Below, in pieces: positions 54,406 through 64,000 of a stretch of 64,000 nt of DNA. Source of the DNA: Octopus vulgaris. Taxonomy: Eukaryota. The position numbers and the translations under genes were made by a program. Each line of letters begins with the position of its first letter. The stretch's first letter is position 1. The notes beneath the pieces are model-generated. The model was not told where the DNA came from, did not search any database, and saw nothing but the letters and a program-made list of their open reading frames with translations. The stretch spans positions 70,742,001-70,806,000 of the forward strand of contig OX597818.1 in assembly GCA_951406725.2 (NCBI GenBank), given 5' to 3'.

Positions 54406-54815
54406 GGCGCAGGAGTGGATGTGTGGTAAGTAGCTTGTTTACCAACCACATGGTTCCGGGTTCAGTCCCACTGCGTGACACCTTGGGCAAGTGTCTTCTA
54501 CTATAGCCTCGGGCCGACCAAAGCCTTGTGAGTGGATTTGGTAGACGGAAACTGAAAGAAGCCTGTCGTATATATGTATATATATATATGTGTGTGTGTA
54601 TGTGTTTGTGTGTCTGTGTTTGTCCCCCTAGCATTGCTTGACAACCGATGCTGGTGTGTTTATGTCCCCGTCACTTAGCGGTTCGGCAAAAGAGACCGAT
54701 AGAATAAGTACTGGGCTTACAAAAGAATAAGTCCCGGTGTCGAGTTGCTCGATTAAAGGCGGTGCTCCAGCATGGCCGCAGTCAAATGACTGAAACAAGT
54801 AAAAGAGTAAAAGAG
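54406..54815 (+). mobile_element. SINE family A, tail A1 (CpG-retaining reference copy)
   Basis: tRNA-like head (GTGG.TGTGTGGT, GGTTCAGTCCC), CORE-like ACCTTGGGCAAGTG, internal (TA)/(TG) tract and tail GAAACAAGTAAAAGAGTAAAAGAG. Confidence 0.9.
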
Positions 54816-57224
54816 TATATATATATATATATATATACATATATACATCTATTATATGTGTGTGTGTGCATGTGTGTGTGCGTGTGTATGTGTACACATA
54901 GACACCTCAATCTGCTATGAATTTTATGACCCCTGTACACAATAGCGTCCATTAAAATAGCTGTATCCACTCCCCACACACACACACTCCCTCATTCTGT
55001 GTCCCTGCATCGCTGGTTTGTGAGTTTATGGGGAAATGCCATGTGTGGAACTGTTGCATCTCTCAGCTGAGGTGAAGGGTGCTAGTCTTTCAGTACCTGG
55101 GGGTAACTGTGTAGTGGGCATGGTTGGAAGGTTTGAAGATTGAGCTCTTCCATTCACACAAACACCTTATTAATTTCTTCACGTACCATTTGAAAAGGAA
55201 GGTGAGTGTAGTGAGATAGATGGTACCTTCTAGTAAATTCTTAAGAAAATTTGGAGGGAATGGCATAACTGGCAGGGTTAAATGGTCCTAGTCTAAGTAT
55301 GTGAGTGTAGGATGGCAGCAAGAATTGGCAGAAGTATGTCTGGCTAATTTGGGGTTGTGTCACAGCTGCCTCCTAACACCCAAAGTGATTTGGCCCCATT
55401 TTCAAGAATCTTGTTATTTTTATTTATTATTATTATATCTTTAGGAGACCCACATAAATCCTGCCCAACCCCCAACCACATTGTTTTCTTTTGTATTTCA
55501 CTTTTATTCTATCCCTGTAGTTTTGGCCCCTTGGGGCCAATAAAACGGTTCATCACTGTTGTCATCATCATCATCAACTACATTATCATCATGACCATCA
55601 TCATCACCACCAACATTATCATCATCCGCATCACTATTTCGTTTCAACATTTCTCCTCCTCCTCCTCTCCCTCCCTCCCTCTCCTATACCTCCCCCCACA
55701 CACACATCACCTCTGTGTTAACAGTTTCCCTGTTACACTTAATCAACCATGCACCAAGCTACAAAAATGTAAAATAACAGAACCCCATCCTCACCCCCAC
55801 CCCCCACCCCTCTAAAACTTCATGGCTTGTGTCGGCAGTTTTCTTTTTTTTTAATGTGTTTTAGTTTGATTCATTTTGTCTTTTTCGTTATTTCTGTTTT
55901 ATTTTATATCATCTGTAGCTATGTACATACAAACACACACACACACATATACATGCAAGCATTGGGATTTATGCACGCCACTACACACATAAATACAGAC
56001 ACACACACACACATACACACATACCTAGACTTCATGTTTAATAGTTAAGTTCATTTTTCACTGCACTCTTAATAATAATTCCATCGATAGAAAAACAAAA
56101 AAAAACCCTGTCCTCCAACAACTTGGGAGATAAAAACTACAACAAAAACAACAAGAAACAGACACAGAATGTACAGAATGGGAGGGGATTGGTGGAGTGG
56201 GTGGAGGGGGGAGGTTTGGTAAAGGAGGAAAATGGTAGGAATAGAAGAAGAAGAAGAAAAAAGAGGAATAGCTAGAAATATTAGGTATGGTGAAGGTAAG
56301 TTCCTCTTTCTCTACCTCTCTCTCTCTTTTTCACCTTTCTTCTTTCATTCACTCTCACTGCTTTCTTCTTCTCATTTCTTCTCTCTCTCTTTCTTTTTTC
56401 CTCATTTCTTCTCCCTCTCCCCCCCCCCCCCATGTAATGTAATACACCTTCTCTGAAAAAGTCAGAGAAAACAATTCTCTAGAGATGCATTTACATTGAA
56501 TGCAGTGAAGTTAGGCAGAAATAAACAGGATGATTTCTGTGAAGAGTTCTAGGGATTAGAGTGAGCCCCTAATAGTTATTTGTAAAAGGAGTCTAAATAG
56601 ACAGAAGACAGATGCTAGTTAACAGAACGGACTAAGAATAACGAAGTGAAAGTTCTCTTTTAAAAGACTGCCAGCTGGGAAACTTTGTTGTTGTTGTTGC
56701 TGTTTGTACACAAAGGGATTTAAATCTCGTTGCAGAGAAAACAGAAAGCCGGCAGGATGATGTATGTGAAGATGAGGAACAATGACATGTCTAAGAACAA
56801 AAAGATGCAGAAAAATAAATGAAAGAAGCAAAAAAAAAAAAAGAAAAAACTAAAATGTGTTTGTAGTTGGCAGTGAGAAACACACACATGGGGAAGATTG
56901 TGGTTTCTGCTACAAAGAAGCAAATGAGATTTCCAAAATGTTTAATATATTTGGCGGGGAATCTCAGAGAGCAAATGAATAAATGAAATACCTGACAAAT
57001 AAATTTGAAGGTAAGCTGGGCTTTGGGAAGATTCCATGCAACTTCCATCTACCAAATTCCACTGATAACACATTTATCAACCCATTGTCTGAGGTGCTGT
57101 GTGATGAGATGAGACCCAGAACCATGGGGTTACAACATGAACTTCTTGCTCTCCACAACCAGACATTCTAACAGAAATAGGGGTAAAAGAAAATAAACAC
57201 TGAAGAAGAGGTTGTTGCTGTTGC

Positions 57225-57400
57225 TTATGCCTAGATTAACTCTGATCATTAAGACCTTTCCAGCCATGACCAACCAGATCTTTTTATATTCAAGGTAATA
57301 CATTGACCAATTAGTCCTCTATTTAAGACAAAAAGATATAATCTGAGGCAGATTTGATGGTTATTTCTTGCAGGTCTACTGATGGGATAAAGACTTCTTT
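57225..57400 (+). repeat. Unclassified interspersed repeat (related copies near 45935-46030, 48220-48385 and inverted near 34020-34130)
   Basis: Shared TTCCA.C..TGACC..CC and TGAGG.AGATTTG...TTATTTC.TGCAG.TC motifs. Confidence 0.5.
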
Positions 57401-57964
57401 GATTATTGTAAGAAGAAGGAGGAGGAGGAGTGTAGAGAAAGAAGTGTCAGGAGTTAAGCCAGATCAAAGTTTGAAATGAAGAATTAAGTTAATAGCAAAG
57501 TGAAGGATCAATTTAATCCCAAGAGGAAACAACAAAACCATGTTTAAAGAAAGACAGCTGGGTTTCCTTGAAATGAAGAGATAAACATATTGAATTATGG
57601 TGGAACCTCGTGTATAAGGTTAATTATGGCAAACAGAGAAACCAACTTTGTTAAGAGTGAACAAATCTCTGTAGAGAAATTAGCAACAGAGTGGAAAACA
57701 GTTGCAGCAGTGATGCCCTCATTGCTAACACCATCATCATCATCATTATCATCACCATGACGGGTTACCTGCAGTAACACAATATCTTTAATACAACAGG
57801 GATGTATTCTCTCTCTCAGGTAAATCACACTTATTTTCCAAATGATGAAGATCACATGTTGTAAGAGCCGAATCTAAGAATAATATGTTCCACTTCAAAA
57901 ATAACTCCATCACAGACTGAAAGGTAACCTTCTCAAAACTGATCCACTGAACGATGTTGGATTC

Positions 57965-58188
57965 TTAACCCTTTACTGTTCAGATTATTCTGTCAAATCT
58001 ATTGCTTATGTATACACACTGTATTGAATTAAGCATATCGAGTAGCTTCGAGATTTTGATGATGTAATCGTTTTTCTTTTAGAATGGCATTGTGGGGTAG
58101 GTGTGAGAGGCTGGATCTGGTCAGTTTGAGCATAAAACAGATTGAATATTTGAGCCAGATATGACTGGTTTGAATGCGACAGGATTAA
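57965..58188 (+). mobile_element. piggyBac-type MITE flanked by TTAA
   Basis: TTAA-CCCTTTA..TTCA at the left and TGAA..ACAGGA-TTAA at the right. A second copy lies at 40530-40706. Confidence 0.6.
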
Positions 58189-61100
58189 ATCCCTGTTCAT
58201 TGTTTGTTTACTTTCTTGAATGATGTCTGGACCAAACAGAGCTCACAGGAGGAGCACTTGGACAGAATTGTCTCATCATTTACAATTGCTGGAGTCACCA
58301 CAATCATCTTCATCAAAAGTGGATTAAGAGCTTCTTTTTCCATCACTGACCATTCCGTCGAATAATTTCCAATAGGCAGATGTCATATCATACCCTCTTA
58401 CTCCTATTTCTCTCTCTCCCCTCTCTCTCTCTCTCCTATACACACACACACACACACAGCGCTTAAATAAGATTCTATCAAAATGATATTTTACTCCCTC
58501 ACTTAATGTCCATTTTTATACCATTTCCTCCAAGACACAGCAAATGAAATGGTTGCATTTGTTTCCTATCAAGTGAAGAAAGAGCAACCTCCTCTCAATG
58601 AGTTAATTCTTTGTAATATTCTAAATATTTGAGATAAAGAGATTAATGAAATATATTTAGTATTGTTTAATCCTGGTACAAATGGATTATAAGTCATTCT
58701 TATAAAATGGATTTTAAATGCTTTCAAGAGAACAAAAAAGTCTGTATTTGACCCTAACAAGATTTGCAATAACCCATTCAGTGATAAAAACATTCACAAC
58801 ATTGGTTGCTGGTCGATCCCGATTGAACTGCATCACATAGCATTGTCTCTAGCTGACATCGCAACCTAGTAAGCTGGCTAAAGAGCAGGACAATCACATG
58901 ATCATCAAAAGCTGCAAACATTAGTTGCTATAGAGCCCTTATGAAAAAAAAAAACAACTGGAAATAATATTGGTATTAAAATGAAAACTTGTAAACCACT
59001 CATGTTGACATTCTCATCATTTCACCATACTTCCTCTTCTTCTTTGATATTCTAGTCTTCCTCTTCTTCTATATTCTATCCTTCTTCTTCTATGTGGTAT
59101 AGTTTACAAGTCAATAACAGGGAGCATGGAGGAGTTAGATTGCTGCTATAAAAAGTAGTCAAATTACTCTAAAATCATACACTGTTGTCTAACCGTCTTA
59201 AAAAAACGAATGACACATTCAGTAATATTGCCCCAGGTTCCTTTTACTTGGTAAAAGACAAGATGCTAATTGTTGGAACACCTTCAATCCTGGGTTTCCG
59301 GAAGCAGGACTGTTTTGAAGTTAAGCAACAACAAGATATGGTTCCATGTGTTTTCAGTCTGCAAATGTTTGATTGCTTGATTTCTTAAAGCAATGGATCC
59401 AACATGCCACTGAGGCCAGGATCCTGCAAATGATTTTGAAGTCGCCTTAGAATAGGAAGAGTTAATGTTAGAGGTGAGTGAAGTACAATTAGAGTTGATT
59501 GTTTGTGATGACAAAATCTGCTTTTGACATTTCCTTTGCAGACAGAATCACTTTTGTCCACCAGAAATCTCCAGTGATTCCATCTGAACATTCTCAAATC
59601 CCTCTATTGTTAGTTAATCAACTCCAATGACAGCACAGAGAAAGAATAGATTTCTCAACTCTCATACTTTTATTCTCATATCAATTTCTTATTTATTTAT
59701 CTCTTCAAGACATTCCTCTTCACTCACCCACCACATCTCTCCAACACATCTGTCACTTACCACCACCACCACCACCACCATCATTATCATCATTATTACC
59801 ATTGCCAATCTGTTAAAACACTAATTTCTCTTTGTAACATTCTTCCTGAATCACTTAGACAACATTTCCTGTAGTCCTCGTTTTTAGTTAATCACAATAG
59901 GTTACCAATTTACTAACTAGCTTTCCAAACTTAGTCTTACAGACAACCGAATTATTCAGCTGAGTAAAAATCACGAAGCCTAACCACACATTCACTTCTG
60001 CTCCTGTGATCATAACTGCCATGCTCACTGGGGTGGCCAACCGAATGCTGAGATGGCCATTAAAGTCTAGCAATGTAATGGAAATGTCTTTGTTAATGAC
60101 AAAGCAAGCTAGTTACAAGGTAAAATACTTGGTACCGACAGCTAAAAATAACTAATGCACTTCGTCTGACTAAACACAGGCCATCACTCATGAATTTGTC
60201 AAGTTATTAAGCTGAAATATTCACTTTCTATTAAATATCCTCATATTAGTGAAGCTGTTGATAAATAAAGATGGTGGTGGTGGTGGTGGTGGTGGTGGCG
60301 GCGGCGGTGGTGGTGTTGATGGTGGTAGTGGTGAAGCATTTTTTAAAAAATGAGCCAGTCGTCTTCAATGAATGAAAGAATTCTCCTGGATAGACAGCTA
60401 GTCTATTAAAGATAAATTTCACGAGGTCTTAGTGCTTCTGCAAAGTTTGGTGGAATCATTAGGACGTCACATAAAATGTCTTGCAACATCTATTTGGGAT
60501 TTCCATGTTCTGAGTTCAAATTCTGCCGTGATTTATTTACTTTTTAACTTTCCATGATTAACAAACAAAGAGACCCAGCCAATCACTGGAACTGGTTTAA
60601 TCAGTCAACACTGGTAATCTGCCAGGGTCTTTCTTGCAAGAGACTAAGCAAGGAATCTGTAACACATTTTCTTGATGCTTCTTTTGTGCTTTTAAAGGTT
60701 AGTGAGAAAATTGGAAACTCTGGTCATAGTTTTGGTGTGAAGAGCAGCAATGACCCTCGGCTTTTATCAGCCTTCAAAGACAACATGCCCGACACAAATT
60801 GACAAAAGAAAAACAGACAAAGATCTCGTTAAATATCAGTAAAACTAGAAAGGTAAAGAAAAATAAGTAAGTTTTTGTTAGTCATGGAAAGTAATCTAAC
60901 AAGGAAATGGAAGCACTGGTACCACACTTTTAAATGTGATATCAGAGCCTACAAAAGGCAGCTCAAAGATATAATTAGTTGGGGTCCTGCTTCAGAAAAT
61001 GATTAGCCATTGTTGTAATATTGTGTAAAAAGAAACAAATGTATAAAAAGAAAATTTATACAAAAACTTGATCAGTTTGAGTTTTAGCCACTGCCAGGTG

Positions 61101-62319
61101 TTGTGTTTAATTTGTTCACTGAACACAGCCACGAATTCCTTCTTGTTTTTCAAAAATACCCCCTAAATCACAAAATAAGGGGGGAAATCTGTCCTATTTT
61201 TCAAATCTTGGCAGCTACACTGAAGCTGGAAGCAGAATAATAATCTAATTCTACACTTTATCACATTCAAAAATATGAACACGTTTTTAAGCACAACACA
61301 CGCAGAGTCAAAAAGAAACACTACCTTTCACCCAGCCCACCAGGGTCAACACTGCATGAACGACAGTGCTCTCTCACCCTAGCATGAAGCTTCTTATCTC
61401 AGATATGTGAGCATGAGCACAACAGCTAAACACTGTGTCGCTAGGGTATGGCTACTGACATATTAAGCTTAAGGAAAAAGGACTCATTATATTGAATGTT
61501 ATCGATAATATTGAGTGGAAATATGGGATGTTGCAGTTCCGCAGTGCCTATACATGAGCTGCCACTGGAACCTACATTCTTTTACTTGTTTTACACACAC
61601 ACACACACACTGCACGCACACACACTGTTGACTGGTGTCTTCTACTAAAGCCATGAGTGGACCAATGCCTTGTCATGGAAATTCAGTAACAGAAACAGTA
61701 AGAAGCTCATCACAGACACACAGACACGCGTGTGTGTGTGTGTGTGTAAATGATTCCCTTCATACAGATAGTGCTATATGTTTACAATCCTCTGCAAAAG
61801 CACGTCTGGCCATTGAGCTGTTTAATTATTTTTTAGAAACAAGGAAAAACATTACTTGTAAAATGAGGAGAGTTGACAATAGCAAGAGCCGTTGCGAGTA
61901 ATAAAATCTGCCTCAACAGCTATCATGTGACCCATGCAAGCATAGAAAGGTTAATACAAGAATTATGGTGTGTGTGTGTGTATACACACATATTCACATG
62001 CACGTGCATACACACACACATACCTACATGCACATGCATGCAACCCATATACATATAACTGCTTGTGTATCATCATTGCTTTTTAATGTATCCATGCTTG
62101 CATGGATTGGTCACAGTTTACTGATTTTCTGCAGCCAGATGTCCTTCCTCAGGGTTTCCAAGAAAGGTAATATTTGCCCAAGGCCAGACATGTTTCCATG
62201 CATAATGTCATGTCATGTGATGTTAAGACAAGGAGACACAAAAATGCACACGTGCATGCATACATACATACATAAACAGACACATACATACATACATTTA
62301 TACATACATACATACATAT

Positions 62320-62935
62320 CAAGAAGTCTTCTTGTGGACGTGACCTGGGTATTAGTGTCAGCAGTGATTTGCACTGGACAAAGGACATCTCTAAAATTGT
62401 CAAGAAGGCTGAGGGTGTCTTGGCATCACTCTGCAAGACCTTTGTCAGCCACTCTCCAGCTATCTATTTACAGTTGTAGATGGCTATGGAGCAGCCACAC
62501 TTGGAATTTGTATCACCAGTCTGGAAGCCCTATCTTGCTCAGGACATTGACCTTCCTGAAAACTGTTCAGAGACATGAAACCAAGCAAATACCCTCCATC
62601 AGACATCTACCATACTCTGAATGCCTTGCTTCCCTGGGCATGGATACATTAAAGCTCCAACATCTGGCAACTGACTTGGTAAACACGCACAAAATTATTC
62701 ACCTTCATGCCAACAACCACCTTGAGCACTTTTTTGAATTCCATGTGTCTAACACATGTGGGCATCCCAACAAAGTCAGAAAACAGCACAGCTCCCATGA
62801 CTTTCAGAAACATTTTTTCACACTCAGAGTTGCTAAATCATGGAGCAAACTACCTGCATCAGTTGTTAGTTGCTGAAACATTGCATCTTTTATAACCTCC
62901 ATGCTTCTAGAAATTTGCTAACACTATACCTGATA
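62320..62935 (+). mobile_element. 3' fragment of a CR1-clade LINE
   Basis: Translation gives RDLGISVSSDLHW..IVKKA, PHLEFVSPVWKPYLAQDID, VQR..KQIPSIRHLPYSE.LASLG, TCGHPNKV and KHFFTLRVAKSWSKLPASVV. This is the characteristic CR1 ORF2 C-terminus. Confidence 0.85.
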
Positions 62936-62959
62936 TCCCCACCTCCATACGCATGTCAA

Positions 62960-63290
62960 GGCACATGGCTCAGTGGTTAGAGTGTCGAGCTTACGATTGT
63001 GAGGTTGTGAGTTCGAATCCTGAACCAGGCTGCGTGTTGTGTTCTTGAGCAAGACACTTTATTTCACATTGCTCCAGTTCACTCACCTGTAGAAATGAGT
63101 TGTGACATCACAGGTACCAAGTTGTATCGGCCTTTGCCTTTCCCTTGGATAACACTGGTGGCGTGGAGAGGGGAGGCCGGTATGCATGGGTGACTGCTGG
63201 TCTTCCATAAACAACCTTGCCCGGACTTTTACCTCAGAAGGTAACTTTCTATGTGCAATCCCATGGCCAGTCATGACCGAAGGGGCTCTC
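62960..63290 (+). mobile_element. tRNA-derived SINE, family E
   Basis: A-box TGGCTCAGTGG, B-box AGTTCGAATCC and CORE-like TGTGTTCTTGAGCAAGACACTTTATTTCAC. The 3' body differs from family D. Confidence 0.8.
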
Positions 63291-64000
63291 AGCACTTTTC
63301 TGTGAAGGCAAGATCAGCAAAAAAGTTCTCCATCAAAAATCAGTGATAAATATCATTTTATATACACATTATACAATTATGAACTACTGATAGTTTCTGT
63401 AGATTAAAGATGTAGTCTAGGCAAGTTTTAACAACATGCTTTGTGTCTCTAAGCAGTCTTCAGGTTCTACCTTTATATATGTGTGTGGGGGGGGGGTAGT
63501 ACAATTGGTAAATGACCAGACAAAATGCTTTGACATTTGGATCCCTTTATGCTCTTAGTCAAACGATGTTTCATTTTGTGAAGGGTTTGCTTCTACTTCT
63601 GAAGCTATGTCACCTAAACTGACTATAAACACAATCACTTTCCACTCTAAATATGTAGAAATGGTTTTTTATGAGTTACTTTCATGTTAAGAAATAGAAC
63701 GGTTAAATAAACTTGTCCAAATAACTTTCATAACACAACTTGAAGAAGTTTTGCTGATGGTTATTTAAGAGTTATATAAATCTTAGTGCTAAAACATCTA
63801 AACATTATAGGAATTCCATGCTTTTGTTTATATTTTGTTTTCCTAAAACATCCACTGTCCCCCTTTCTTTCGTTTCTTTACCCTTGTAATCTTACTGCTT
63901 CTCTCCCCATTAAACTTCAGAATAATTGTTACTTTTACTGTTGAAAGTCTAACATGCCTATAAAACTACTTCCAGTGTTTTCTTCCCTTGAATCTTAAAC

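Noticed and set aside
56732-56784. Possible terminal exon (..KTESRQDDVCEDEEQ*) after TTGCAG
   Set aside because: Weak pyrimidine tract and too short to distinguish from chance.
61965-62876. Longest ORF (303 aa) as a host gene
   Set aside because: It is a chance fusion of microsatellite, SINE remnant and a frameshifted CR1 ORF2 C-terminus.

Overview
AT-rich eukaryotic DNA with very dense microsatellites and no recognisable intact host protein-coding gene. It is most likely intronic or intergenic sequence from an invertebrate. The repeat landscape resembles Octopus (coleoid cephalopod), but that is an inference, not a database match. Most ORF-track entries are microsatellite read-throughs. The window holds decayed non-LTR retroelements from five groups: R4/Dong-like, RTE, Tx1/L1, CR1 and Penelope-like. 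It also holds several modular tRNA-derived SINE families, a CpG-rich non-autonomous Helitron, Mariner- and piggyBac-type MITEs, several long fold-back elements and a near-perfect 38-bp minisatellite. Most notable: (i) two minus-strand type-I minimal hammerhead ribozyme motifs, one in the 3' repeat of a Penelope GIY-YIG element (51698-51784) and one with no recognisable adjacent ORF (15264-15311); (ii) a SINE subfamily whose 3' tail matches the 3' end of the Tx1-like LINE in the same window; (iii) SINE heads that carry alternative LINE-type tails. Boundaries of old repeats are approximate, and all alignments and translations were done by eye.
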